Below are positions 10,533 through 20,643 of a DNA stretch of 64,000 nt, piece after piece (position 1 is the stretch's first letter; each line of letters starts with the position of its first letter). The translations under genes were made by a program, and so were the position numbers. Source of the stretch: Rhodothermales bacterium (lineage in GTDB: Bacteria > Bacteroidota > Rhodothermia > Rhodothermales > Bin80); assembly GCA_965220365.1 (NCBI GenBank), contig OZ244823.1:2725125-2789124 (forward strand), given 5' to 3'. The notes below the pieces were generated by a model. It saw only the letters and a program-made list of their open reading frames with translations. It was not told the origin of the DNA and did not search any database.

Positions 10533-11670
10533 TCAAAGATGTAAGCCGGACTACATAACGCGGCTCCGTTAAAATAATCAATCCACCTTCAGCCAAAGCC
10601 ATTGCGCTCTTTACCCGGCCCCGAAGCTCGATTTGCTGTAATAAATCGCCATTATGGCGATCAAAAGCATAGAACCAGTTCCCCATACTTCCCGTGTAGA
10701 TTACTTCGGAAGTTATCAGAGGCTTCGCCGCCAATGCATCCGGGCACTGTGTACTCCATTTTACTTCGCCGGTATCAAGGTCAAATACCCGCAAAATCCC
10801 ATCGGATGCACCTGCCACTACAAGCTCATGATCTGCCGTCGGTGAAGAAATCTGAACGGTCTCATCCGCCAATTCTGTATTCCAATGAATTTTTCCTGTC
10901 TGTACATCCATGGCAAATAGGCTACCCCGTGTCGTTGACACCAATAACGTTTCGCCATATATCTCCGGGACGACATAGATTGGCGACCCCACATCTACCG
11001 ACCACCGCTGACTTCCATCATTTAGCGAAAGTGCCAAAACGGTTCCATTGTCAATGACGACGATAATCAAGTGACGATGAATCACAGGAGAGGCATGTAC
11101 GCGTGCACGCCCCCCTATCTGATGGGTCCAGACTATCGCCCCATCGTCTATCTCAAAGCGTTGCACTTCTCCGGCGGTATTCACATAAATTCCCCCCGAC
11201 TCCAAGGCGGCGATCCCAACATGAATGGGATCCCCGCGAAGGCGCCAGCGCATATCCGCACGATCCAGATCATATGCAGCTAACGCTGTACGTCCCCCTG
11301 CGAGGGGCACAATCAATGTGTTCCCGATCACTGCAGGAGACCCATTGATTGCATCTCCAAATCGTTTATTGCCGCCTCGCTTGCCTGTGACTACATCGAT
11401 GAAGTGAACTGTACCCTGTCTGGTCGCAACCATGACGGATTTATCGAAAATCTGTGGCGCATCCGGCCCGAATCCCGCTCGGGCGTTATACGTCCACGCA
11501 ATTCCCAGAGGTAAATGCGGCTCAGCCTGAGTCTCAGATGGCGCATCTACACTCACTGTCAGCCCACTGCAGCCAATGCAGAGTAGCAGAAGAAGTGATG
11601 AACAATTCCTAAAAATCAAAGCCAAAAAAGAATTGACGGAAAAGATTTGAGTCCCGCGACTTGAATGCAT
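10513..11670 (-). CDS. PQQ-like beta-propeller lipoprotein (BamB-like)
   Basis: Repeated 'G.v.a.d..tG...W' blades (e.g. ALSLNDGSQRWSV, AMDVQTGKIHWNT, VFDLDTGEVKWST). A lipobox-like LLLLCIGCSG is present. The ORF is open to 11847 but overlaps the upstream gene. The start is uncertain: ATG at 11670 or a TTG a few codons later. Confidence 0.6.
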   Translation of the reverse strand: MHSSRGTQIFSVNSFLALIFRNCSSLLLLLCIGCSGLTVSVDAPSETQAEPHLPLGIAWTYNARAGFGPDAPQIFDKSVMVATRQGTVHFIDVVTGKRGGNKRFGDAINGSPAVIGNTLIVPLAGGRTALAAYDLDRADMRWRLRGDPIHVGIAALESGGIYVNTAGEVQRFEIDDGAIVWTHQIGGRARVHASPVIHRHLIIVVIDNGTVLALSLNDGSQRWSVDVGSPIYVVPEIYGETLLVSTTRGSLFAMDVQTGKIHWNTELADETVQISSPTADHELVVAGASDGILRVFDLDTGEVKWSTQCPDALAAKPLITSEVIYTGSMGNWFYAFDRHNGDLLQQIELRGRVKSAMALAEGGLIILTEPRYVVRLTSLNADVDL

Positions 11671-14560
11671 CACGAAAACGATAACCCAGATCATACCGGA
11701 GCACAAACCCACCAAAAAGATTAAGTCGAAACCCGAACCCTGTGGAACCAAGGGTTTCCCCGGCGTAAATCTGGCGAATTCGCTCATGGTACCGATCATT
11801 CCAAGCATGTGCGGCATCAAAAAATAGTGCACCCCTAAGGTTAACAATCCCCAAAATTGCTAAGGGCGGAACGTATGCTGAAGGATTCTCAACCAGAGGG
11901 AAGCGTAACTCGTGAGATGTAAACCAGGCCTTCTTGCCACGTACATCAAAGAGCGGATATCCCCGCAAGTCCCAACTTCCGCCCATGAACCACAAACGGG
12001 CTTCACGCCCATGATTCATGCGACCCAAAGCGCGGGACGCAAAAGTAACATTCCGTGCTATCCTCAAATAATGCCGAATGTCTGCCTCCAATGTGATGTA
12101 ATTTACGTTGGAATACAGTAAATCAGTCGTATAGGCCACGGATATCCTCCCCCTCCATCCATCCTGGGGACCGTTATAACCAAACAATGCATTATCATGA
12201 ACCAAGCTGATTTGATTCGTCAATAACAATGCCTGACGGTCAATCCTGCGTTGAGGTATTTCCTTATGATCCCAGCTTAGAGAAGTTGCCACTTCAATCC
12301 GTCGGAACATCGAGATTGGGTAACTCACTGCTCCGAATCCACCCCATACCTCTTCCCAGAAACGCGGAAACTCTGTAGGTGCATCCGGGTCGGTCAGATC
12401 ATACCTCAATCCCCCGTACCGGTAAACCCCGTACCCAACATTCGCCCTGCGATTGAGATGCAGCCTGGAAATATTTACATTCAGGCTTCTGAGAAAATCT
12501 CCCGTGTATTCGCTCGTGTTGAATATGGTGAAAAAGAAACGATCATTGCCCAAAAGATCTGAGAAGGAAAGGACGGCGGCACCACCTGCCCCCCACACTG
12601 CACTACTGGATATCTGTCCCTGCGCAATGTCCAATCCATACCGCCGTCGATACTGCAAACGATCAGTTTCTGAAGTCGCCTCAATCCGAGGGAACGTCCA
12701 AGGTTCTTGGGACTCTATGGCCAGGGGGGCTGGATGTAACGACACAGGCCTCTGCAGTAATGTATCCAAACCACCCAGAGCACGCACGGTAAATCGATAG
12801 TTCTCAAATGCAGAAAAGATGACTTGGTGGTCCTCTGTCCAAACCGGATCATAGATTGCGGTAGTTAACTCTGTTAACCGCTTTTTCCATCGTATCCCGG
12901 GGCTTGGGGGGCTAATTTCATGGATTTCCATGTCCGCCAGAACAACGACAGGCGGAGCCGGTTTGGCATCAATCACATAAAGATCCTGGCCGCCGTAACG
13001 TCCCGTTGAATCTTTTTTCGTACTCGTATAAATAATCTGCGAACCATCTGGGCTCCAGCTGGGAGAAAAATCATGCTGCGAACCATAGGTGATATAATCA
13101 ATCGTACCCGTCTCCAGTTCATACGTGAACAGGTTGTAGGCATTTTCAAAGCCCTTTGAAGTCCGATCAGAGGAAAAGACCAGATAATGGCCATCCGGGC
13201 TCCAGGCTGGATCACGCTCATCATAACTATCATTCGTTAACCGCCTTAGCTGATCCCCCTCTATATCATAAACGTACAGATCTATAAAGCCGCTTTGATC
13301 AATCGCCACGAAGGCAATATGCATCCCATCTGGACTCCACGACGGTGAATACAGCGCGAGCATCCCACCAAAACCGTAGATGGGTCCGATTGAGCCGGAT
13401 TCCAAGTCATAGGTATGAATCACATCTGCCTCTCCACTTTTGGTAACAAAAGCTAACCATCCATCTTCTGACACACTCATCCGACTATCCAAAAGATGAA
13501 ACGACTCAAACTGGCTGTTTCGTTCACCACGAATTAAAACATCCGGTTGATCAATTGGAGTATACGTCGAATCGACCTGGACGTAATACACATTACTGTA
13601 ACCGCCGTGGTTCCCCGTGAACAAAACCTGCCGCTGCCCATTTTTCGTCTGATAGAAAGCGGGCTTTGAGTTGAATCCTTCCATAGAGAGCCCTTCCGTC
13701 AACAGAGTGGGACTCTGAGCAGCATCCAACTGAGTATAATAAGTTTTGCGCAGCCACTGCTGCCATTGAATACTGATCTCTTGTAAATCCTCCTGCAACG
13801 TATACTCTATCACCTTCCGGAAATCCCGGTCAATCCAAGCGTTATCAATCAAAGACAGGAGTTTGTCTTCACCATAGTTCTCCGAAATAAAACGACATAA
13901 AGCTTCCCCCTCCTTGTACATCACATAGGAGCCACTAATTCTGTATATATTTTCTAAGGGGACCAAATAGTTTGCATAGATCGCATCCCGCATGATCATC
14001 TCATGTTGATAGTCTTGCGGACCCGACCAATACTCTGCCAACCCTTCGGTAAACCATAGTGGAGGCAACCGATCCATTGGAATACGATAATCCCGATATA
14101 CACGCGCGATTTTGTGCATTGTGAACACATGCACCATTTCATGGCGAATCACTCGCCGGAATCGATGCAGATTCCCATTCGCAGGGATTACCACACGTCC
14201 CTTTAGAAACTCATAAAAGCCCCCGACACCATCAGGGATAAATCCATCTGTGATGTTTGTTTGCTTGAAGTGAAGCTGGGAGGAATAAAATACAATGGGG
14301 ACGCGGCGCGTTACGGAAAAGTTAAATCGATTTTGGAGTTCCGCGTACGCCTCTTCCGCAAAGGCCGCACCATGTTCAGCGAGCTCCTGCATTTTAGGAT
14401 AGAAATACACATCGAAATGCTCTGTCTGAAGCACATTCCAGTCAAAATCTTCATACTGTATCTTGTTACGCCCGAAATGAAAATTGTACTGTGCGAACAC
14501 CGGAGGCACAGCAACCCCTAGGGCAACACACAAGCTCCATACAACAACCGTGTAGCGCAT
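11609..14560 (-). CDS. tri-domain outer-membrane protein: zincin-like peptidase + TolB-like beta-propeller + Omp85/BamA-like barrel
   Basis: 983 aa with signal peptide. HExxH motif (RHEMVHVF). Repeated PD40-type motifs PSWSPDGMHIAF, PAWSPDGHYLVFSSDR, PSWSPDGSQIIYTS. The C-terminal region ends FFFGFDF, the aromatic terminus typical of beta-barrel OMPs. Confidence 0.7.
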   Translation of the reverse strand: MRYTVVVWSLCVALGVAVPPVFAQYNFHFGRNKIQYEDFDWNVLQTEHFDVYFYPKMQELAEHGAAFAEEAYAELQNRFNFSVTRRVPIVFYSSQLHFKQTNITDGFIPDGVGGFYEFLKGRVVIPANGNLHRFRRVIRHEMVHVFTMHKIARVYRDYRIPMDRLPPLWFTEGLAEYWSGPQDYQHEMIMRDAIYANYLVPLENIYRISGSYVMYKEGEALCRFISENYGEDKLLSLIDNAWIDRDFRKVIEYTLQEDLQEISIQWQQWLRKTYYTQLDAAQSPTLLTEGLSMEGFNSKPAFYQTKNGQRQVLFTGNHGGYSNVYYVQVDSTYTPIDQPDVLIRGERNSQFESFHLLDSRMSVSEDGWLAFVTKSGEADVIHTYDLESGSIGPIYGFGGMLALYSPSWSPDGMHIAFVAIDQSGFIDLYVYDIEGDQLRRLTNDSYDERDPAWSPDGHYLVFSSDRTSKGFENAYNLFTYELETGTIDYITYGSQHDFSPSWSPDGSQIIYTSTKKDSTGRYGGQDLYVIDAKPAPPVVVLADMEIHEISPPSPGIRWKKRLTELTTAIYDPVWTEDHQVIFSAFENYRFTVRALGGLDTLLQRPVSLHPAPLAIESQEPWTFPRIEATSETDRLQYRRRYGLDIAQGQISSSAVWGAGGAAVLSFSDLLGNDRFFFTIFNTSEYTGDFLRSLNVNISRLHLNRRANVGYGVYRYGGLRYDLTDPDAPTEFPRFWEEVWGGFGAVSYPISMFRRIEVATSLSWDHKEIPQRRIDRQALLLTNQISLVHDNALFGYNGPQDGWRGRISVAYTTDLLYSNVNYITLEADIRHYLRIARNVTFASRALGRMNHGREARLWFMGGSWDLRGYPLFDVRGKKAWFTSHELRFPLVENPSAYVPPLAILGIVNLRGALFFDAAHAWNDRYHERIRQIYAGETLGSTGFGFRLNLFGGFVLRYDLGYRFRDAFKSRDSNLFRQFFFGFDF

Positions 14561-14613
14561 GAATCAATGGCGGTTCCTGTACGCAACGCCATTATTCACA
14601 CACCGTTCCGTCA

Positions 14614-15663
14614 TCAGCCTTGCACTAAGGCAGCCTTCAGTTTGGAAATCAATCCTACTGGAGACGGATCCGTCTCATTCAATATCGCAAGATACAGACT
14701 CACCCAGTCACTGATATACATGATCGATAAAAGACGTGCGAGTCTACTATTGCCTTCACTTTTTATCTCATTCCAACTGTGTGCATATGGGGCCAATAAC
14801 GATTCCGTCACCTCAAGCCTGCGCTGCGTACGTTCATGATCTTCCCTATCGCGTAGCGCGATGACAGCGAGTTGCTTTAATTCCGCTTGGAATCGTGCCC
14901 ATCCCATGATCTCGTTATGATTCATCTCGGGGAGACAATTCCCAACGGCAAAGCTCTTTGCATTCTCATGCATTTGATTGCGCCAACGAGTATTCGCCGC
15001 GGCAAATTGCTCGCTGCTATAGATTACAGGAAACCGGCCGTGCAAAGTTTTGGCTAACTTCATGGCTGGATTGTTCGGATTAGACAGATCCGACATCACC
15101 TCTGACTGCCGAGCTGTTATGGATATAGATTCATCCCAATCTTCTAGACTGACTGCTGTGAGTTGAAGTGGCTCCGTAATCGTCAGCAGTGCGGACAATG
15201 AATGTGGTAGCGCCGCACGCGGCTGAATTCCAGAGGGGAGTTTCACTAGGGGAACGTTGTTTGCGCGAGCACGCTCCGCGAGTTTCCCTCCCGTAGAGAT
15301 AGTCACCACCCTGGCCCCGCGTGTAATGGCATCCTCAAAGGCAGCTAGACTTTCTTCAGTATTCCCCGAGTAACTTGAGGCTACAACAGCGGTATTGGAC
15401 CCCACCCATGCGGGTAGGGAATAACTGCGTGATACAGCAACCGGGATGGATGCATGATCAACTGCGAGTGCCGCTAAAATATCTCCCCCCATCGCACTGC
15501 CCCCCATACCGGCAACTACGAATCCTGTGATCCCATCTCCCGGCCAACCATCCACTTTGGCTGCCAGAGCACGTGTACGCCCCTGTTTCAAGTGCTCAGA
15601 GAAGCCCTGAACAGCCTCGTACATTCCTTCCGAATCAATCTGATCTAATATCTTTTTTGTCAT
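14614..15663 (-). CDS. bifunctional phosphoglucose/phosphomannose isomerase (SIS domain)
   Basis: 349 aa. Motifs: GMGGSAMGGDI, SYSGNTEE, and the family-typical C-terminal half. Confidence 0.75.
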   Translation of the reverse strand: MTKKILDQIDSEGMYEAVQGFSEHLKQGRTRALAAKVDGWPGDGITGFVVAGMGGSAMGGDILAALAVDHASIPVAVSRSYSLPAWVGSNTAVVASSYSGNTEESLAAFEDAITRGARVVTISTGGKLAERARANNVPLVKLPSGIQPRAALPHSLSALLTITEPLQLTAVSLEDWDESISITARQSEVMSDLSNPNNPAMKLAKTLHGRFPVIYSSEQFAAANTRWRNQMHENAKSFAVGNCLPEMNHNEIMGWARFQAELKQLAVIALRDREDHERTQRRLEVTESLLAPYAHSWNEIKSEGNSRLARLLSIMYISDWVSLYLAILNETDPSPVGLISKLKAALVQG

Positions 15664-15761
15664 TATCTAGTGATTTCGGTCTGCGCAGTTTATTAACCGC
15701 GAGAACCTGTGAATTCAATTCGAGCGCCATTGAACCGTGTATCCGAAAAACGGATCAAACA

Positions 15762-16751
15762 CTAATAGATCCGAGAACTTATCTCTTGAATGAGCGCGTG
15801 AAGCTCCGTGGTATTACCTGAAAGCGAACGGACCCGATCCAGAGCTTGGTGCGTGTAGCTCTGGACATGTTCACGTGCTGCTTCTAAAACCCCAAGCGCC
15901 TCCATTCGTGCTCGCGCCTCAGGAATTTCTTCCTCGGTTAGACCTGAACCAGGATAAATCCCAGTAAAGAATGTTGCATCTTCCCCCGTTGCTCGCTGAC
16001 GTGCTTCAGTCAATAGATACGTCCCTTTCCCCTCCATCAAATCTCCTCCCTGAACCTTTCCCCAACGCTGATCATCCGCCACCAGATCTAGGAGATCGTC
16101 ATTAATCTGAAAGGCCCTCCCTATAAATTTACCTGCATCCCTTAATGCCAAGCGGGAATCGGGGTCTGCTTTGCCGGCAATCCCACCCATTTCAAGTGAA
16201 GCGGAGAGCAGCCCACCTGTCTTACCATCAACCATATGCAGGTAGTCAGCGGTCGTGAGATTCTGGCTATTTCCAATGACCATATCTAATGCCTGCCCTT
16301 CACATAATTCTCGAATCATCCTCCCAAACACCTGGGTTAGTTGTGCAGGATCTCCTGAAGTTGCCCACCCGATACACTCAGATGCCAAGGCAAGTAATAC
16401 ATCACCACACAGAATTGCTGTGTCTATATTCCATAGGACATGAACCGTTTTTCGACCCCTGCGACTATCTGCATGATCCATGATGTCATCATGGACGAGA
16501 GAAAAATTGTGGACCAGCTCTACGGCTAAGGCGAGTGGCATCGCGTGCCTGATTCCAACCCCAAATACCTCTGCCGAAAGAAGTAGCAAAGCCGGTCGTA
16601 CACGCTTACCCCCACCTGAAAGTACGTACCGTACGGAGTCATAGAGCTCACCTGGTTGATGATCTCTGACTAGGTCTGAGAGACCTAAGTTAATCTCATC
16701 GCGAAGTCTTTCAAGCTTTATTTCCAGATCAGTATCCCGTTGCCTTCCCAT
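15762..16751 (-). CDS. polyprenyl diphosphate synthase (GGPP/FPP synthase family)
   Basis: Both Asp-rich motifs are present: LVHDDIMD and FQINDDLLD. Confidence 0.85.
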   Translation of the reverse strand: MGRQRDTDLEIKLERLRDEINLGLSDLVRDHQPGELYDSVRYVLSGGGKRVRPALLLLSAEVFGVGIRHAMPLALAVELVHNFSLVHDDIMDHADSRRGRKTVHVLWNIDTAILCGDVLLALASECIGWATSGDPAQLTQVFGRMIRELCEGQALDMVIGNSQNLTTADYLHMVDGKTGGLLSASLEMGGIAGKADPDSRLALRDAGKFIGRAFQINDDLLDLVADDQRWGKVQGGDLMEGKGTYLLTEARQRATGEDATFFTGIYPGSGLTEEEIPEARARMEALGVLEAAREHVQSYTHQALDRVRSLSGNTTELHALIQEISSRIY

Positions 16752-16774
16752 GTGTTACCATTGATTTCTGGAAA

Positions 16775-17443
16775 CTACGGCATTTGCAGGGTTGAACATA
16801 TCTGTGCGTGTACTTCAGAAAACGACCCCAAGGCCTGAACAGGTCGAAGAAGGCCTCGAGAGGCATAATACTCAATCAGCGGGTGGGTCTCCCGGTAATA
16901 AACCTTTAACCGTTTTCGAATTGCATCCGGCTGATCGTCTGGGCGAGAGACGATAAATTCGGCCTCTTCCTTGGGTGGCGGCTTATTCGATAGATGAAAA
17001 TTTTCACCGGTAAGAGAGTGGATCCGCCGTTGCGATAAGCGTGAAACCACATCTTCGTCGTCAAGAACTAATTGGATTACAGCAGTCAGGGAGACACCTT
17101 GAGCGTCTAGGAATTCATGTAGCCACTGTGCTTGTTGGATCGTACGCGGGTAGCCGTCAAGAATAAATCCTTGAGAACTTGCAGCGTTGATCGCATCTTC
17201 GGCCAATGAACGTATCATCTCGTCAGGAACTAGACGCCCCGTGACGATATACTTTCTTGCTTTAATCCCTATTGGGGTCTCCGCTTTTATTTCTGTACGG
17301 AGGATGCCGCCCGTAGATATATGCGTGAGTCCTCGCTTAGTCGCCAGCAGCCTTGCCTGTGTCCCCTTGCCTGACCCTGGAGGGCCCAGGAAGACAAGTC
17401 GATGATCCGCTTCGACAATATCAGGATTCTTTCTCTGCCCCAT
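16775..17443 (-). CDS. adk: adenylate kinase
   Basis: P-loop LVFLGPPGSGKGTQ plus ILDGYPRT. Confidence 0.9.
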   Translation of the reverse strand: MGQRKNPDIVEADHRLVFLGPPGSGKGTQARLLATKRGLTHISTGGILRTEIKAETPIGIKARKYIVTGRLVPDEMIRSLAEDAINAASSQGFILDGYPRTIQQAQWLHEFLDAQGVSLTAVIQLVLDDEDVVSRLSQRRIHSLTGENFHLSNKPPPKEEAEFIVSRPDDQPDAIRKRLKVYYRETHPLIEYYASRGLLRPVQALGSFSEVHAQICSTLQMP

Positions 17444-17885
17444 CCTTGTCTAGTGCCTTTAGGCTCATCTCAACGGCCATAGGGAGGAGTAACCGGAATA
17501 ATTCGTTGAGTGCACTAGCTCGCTGTGGGGCCACATAAGTACGGAGAGCCCCACGGACAGCTTCCTCTGAGGTTTCTCCGTTATTTAAACGTTCTTTGAT
17601 AGACTCAACTACAGGAGCCAATACTGCGTCAAGTAGCGCACCATCACCAGAATTTCCCTCACGCCGACCACCTCCAATCAAATACCCGAGTACTACACCC
17701 GCACCAAGAACCGCACAGGCACTGCCAATGGGATGTTTTACAATGATATCTTTCACCGGAGGTACCATACCACTCACCTCACGGCGAAGTGCACCCAGGT
17801 GCTGCTCAATTTGGTGTGCACGGTCATCAAGCGCTGCACGAACGTCACTACTCGTCCGTTTCTTTTTCTGATCCATTTTGTCCAT
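17421..17885 (-). CDS. small membrane protein, hypothetical
   Basis: 154 aa. Charged N-terminus, one Gly-rich TM (IGSACAVLGAGVVLGYLIGGG). No family recognised. Confidence 0.45.
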   Translation of the reverse strand: MDKMDQKKKRTSSDVRAALDDRAHQIEQHLGALRREVSGMVPPVKDIIVKHPIGSACAVLGAGVVLGYLIGGGRREGNSGDGALLDAVLAPVVESIKERLNNGETSEEAVRGALRTYVAPQRASALNELFRLLLPMAVEMSLKALDKDGAEKES

Positions 17886-18243
17886 TCGTCTCAGTAATCG
17901 TACGATCTATGTTTTTAACTTCAGGGGCCGTTAACCGAATCGCCAAGCGACTCAAGAGCCAAGCACCAACTCCCGTAATCACGCCGACGGATACAAACCC
18001 CCATATCATGTGCCCCAACAGAAATCCTAACCCCAATGCCGCAGCAAGTAGCAGAAAGATAACAGAAACAGTAAGTAAAAACCCTGTGACGATCACGGCA
18101 TAGATCGTTTTTCGGTTTTGCAGGATCGTTTCCCAATACTGCCAACCTGCCAGCTGCACCCTGAGATCCAGCCAAGCCTGGAGGTTTTTGACTAGCTCCT
18201 TGGAGTGCAGTGTAATGCGATCAGACTTACTTGTTTTCCACAC
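17848..18243 (-). CDS. small two-TM membrane protein, hypothetical
   Basis: 131 aa with two adjacent TM helices (AVIVTGFLLTVSVIFLLLAAALGLGFLLG / FVSVGVITGVGAWLL). It overlaps the next gene by 38 nt. Confidence 0.45.
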   Translation of the reverse strand: MWKTSKSDRITLHSKELVKNLQAWLDLRVQLAGWQYWETILQNRKTIYAVIVTGFLLTVSVIFLLLAAALGLGFLLGHMIWGFVSVGVITGVGAWLLSRLAIRLTAPEVKNIDRTITETNGQNGSEKETDE

Positions 18244-18311
18244 GTCTCTTGACGATCAATTGCTACGCTGCCAAGCACAACGCAAACTTGTGTGGGCCTT
18301 TTCTTGTTCCT

Positions 18312-19391
18312 CTACAAGCTACACAGAAAATCAATCGTATCTCTCCCATCAGGCTTCCATGCAAGAGCTGGTTTCTGCGTTGTCCCAAGTGGCTGAACAT
18401 CCCAAGCCTCTGGTAATTTTTCGCATAAGCTGTCACGCGACACGACACATTGCACTTCGCTAAGTATTGCTTCAACAAGGCGAATCGCTTCATCAAGATC
18501 CTCATATTCTACCCAACGCACATGCCCCGGAACCTGGACTTCAGGAGGCCCTTTGCTGATCAAAAATTCCAGACCATCTCCATACGCATGTGGCTGCTTG
18601 ATCGCAGCCAAGTAAGCCCTTTGTATTTCCAACCTTCCCGGGGTTAAGGGATGTGCAGGAAATACCCCTCGTACTTGGGCGAGGTGTCCGAGGCATCGGT
18701 CCGGTTCAAGCCCCTCAGGCGCGAAAATCAGCGCTAGATTGCGACATCCCATTCCCTCATGTAGTAATACATCCAATGCTAAGTCATCCAAATCATGGTC
18801 CGTTTCAAGCCCATCCAAAATTGAAATCCCATACCGGTTACCACGGAATAGGCACTTCTGAGATGGTAGCCCCCTGATCGTTGCAAGAGAACTGATTTGG
18901 GCAATCGCTGCATCACTGCCGGTCGCTATAACCGCCTCCACCTGTTTCCAGACTGCTCCGCGATCAACAAAGCTCACATCCAGGTCTACTCCCTGATCAC
19001 GGATCGTCTGAACGAACACTGGTAAGAGATAGGGAGATTTGCTGGACAATACACCCACATATGAATGGCCACAAAGGAGAACCGCGAGGAGGTCCTGCAA
19101 TCCAGCGAATGGCACATTCCCGGCATTGATCACCCCAACCTGATGAACTTGTTTTGGCCTTCTTCCCCCAATCCAGTTTGTTAAAGCGGATTCCGTCAGC
19201 TCGCTCATTTGCTGATCAATCGCAAACTCTAAGGCCTCCTCCGTAAATGAGTTGGATGCCGTCAATGTCGCCTGTACAGCCTCTCTTCTGTATGGCTGAC
19301 TGGGATCAGACCATACGTGGGCGGCCTTGGATAACGCAGCAACCAGCGTATTCATGTACTCGCCAATAAGACTCTGTCTAATGAGCCTCAT
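18312..19391 (-). CDS. LuxC-like acyl-CoA reductase family protein
   Basis: 359 aa. GVINAGNVPFAGLQDLLAVLLCGHSYVGVLSSKSPYLLPVF matches the conserved LuxC-family core seen in Bacteroidota homologues. The start could be the downstream Met (MNTLVAAL). Confidence 0.6.
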   Translation of the reverse strand: MRLIRQSLIGEYMNTLVAALSKAAHVWSDPSQPYRREAVQATLTASNSFTEEALEFAIDQQMSELTESALTNWIGGRRPKQVHQVGVINAGNVPFAGLQDLLAVLLCGHSYVGVLSSKSPYLLPVFVQTIRDQGVDLDVSFVDRGAVWKQVEAVIATGSDAAIAQISSLATIRGLPSQKCLFRGNRYGISILDGLETDHDLDDLALDVLLHEGMGCRNLALIFAPEGLEPDRCLGHLAQVRGVFPAHPLTPGRLEIQRAYLAAIKQPHAYGDGLEFLISKGPPEVQVPGHVRWVEYEDLDEAIRLVEAILSEVQCVVSRDSLCEKLPEAWDVQPLGTTQKPALAWKPDGRDTIDFLCSL

Positions 19392-19689
19392 GTAACACCC
19401 CGAGTCCGGCGATTGTTGAGACTACCCTCCCTTAATCCGAAATATCATCACCTCCATCTTACAATCTTACAATGCTGTAAGTAACACCATAACTTCCTGA
19501 ATAACGGAGGCGACGAAAGTCGTGCACCTAATTGCCCTGACAAAAACATATCAGGGATCGCTTGATCGATAATAACACTTTGGATAAGATTTTTTGATCG
19601 CCGACCTACTTACCGAAGATGGAACACCCTTTATCTGTCCACTCAATGTCAACCAACCTGCTGCTCACTTCAAACAATTCCTTGAATTT

Positions 19690-20643
19690 TTACATACTCT
19701 CCAATAAAAAATTACACCCCCTGAGTGCACTTCCTGGAAAACGTCCCAGAACTTCAAACCCCTCTCCATGGCTCACTCCCAGATCTTCCGTAAGAATACT
19801 GGAAACCGTGTGGATGTTTGCCAAATCGGTGATCGCGAGAAGCCCGGGCTGCCCATCAGATAGAATCTGTTTTGGATTATATGGATCAACGACCTGAACC
19901 CGCATCCATGGTGGAGGCATGTACACGGGCCCGCTTTGCGTATAGGCCTGACTCAGGAGCTCACACATCCCATACTCACTCCAGACCTGATCTTCTTGAA
20001 TACCGAATCCCTCCGCCAGACGCGTATGCAGTTCTCTCCGGGTAATCTCGCATTGATGGGTCTTCATCCCACCGGTTTCCACAATCCGCGCACTTTGAGG
20101 CAACTGCCAAGGCCCCACCTCAATCAAACCCAAAAGGCCAAATGCCGCACCAAAAAGCACTAACGAAGAGGTGGAATCTGGATCATCGGGAAGCTCGCTA
20201 TCTAAAAAGAACTGGCTCCTCTCATCCCCATACCGCTGAATGAGAATTTTCAGCATGCAAACGAGAGAGGATTCAGTAGAATACCCCGGCAAATGAGCCC
20301 AAATCGTGTATGGCCCCTTCCCAAACACGGCCTCGAAAGCTGCACACACAGAAGCCTCGTACACGGCCAGCCGGCGCACGAAATGTCGGCTTCGGAGTCC
20401 GCTCCCCGTCGCGCTACTGATAAATACACGCTCCGCTTCTGAAACTGGAAATGTCGCAATTTCGACATGCTTGAATGCCGACACCGGCAGATGCTTCTCT
20501 CCAAAGCGTCGATAGACCTCACAATGTGTCCTCTGGTAGGTCTCCAGCACCTGCTCTATCTCAGCAAAAGCATGCTCTTCACGACTCAGCCCCGTGAACT
20601 GGGCTTCTATTTCCGCAATTGTCACGGTAGTTTGATCCGGCAA
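19690..20643 (-). CDS. LuxE-like acyl-protein synthetase family protein
   Basis: 317 aa. FISSATGSGLRSRHFVRRLAVYEAS resembles the LuxE motif F.SSGTTG..S.H.v....Y..S. Confidence 0.55.
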   Translation of the reverse strand: MPDQTTVTIAEIEAQFTGLSREEHAFAEIEQVLETYQRTHCEVYRRFGEKHLPVSAFKHVEIATFPVSEAERVFISSATGSGLRSRHFVRRLAVYEASVCAAFEAVFGKGPYTIWAHLPGYSTESSLVCMLKILIQRYGDERSQFFLDSELPDDPDSTSSLVLFGAAFGLLGLIEVGPWQLPQSARIVETGGMKTHQCEITRRELHTRLAEGFGIQEDQVWSEYGMCELLSQAYTQSGPVYMPPPWMRVQVVDPYNPKQILSDGQPGLLAITDLANIHTVSSILTEDLGVSHGEGFEVLGRFPGSALRGCNFLLESM

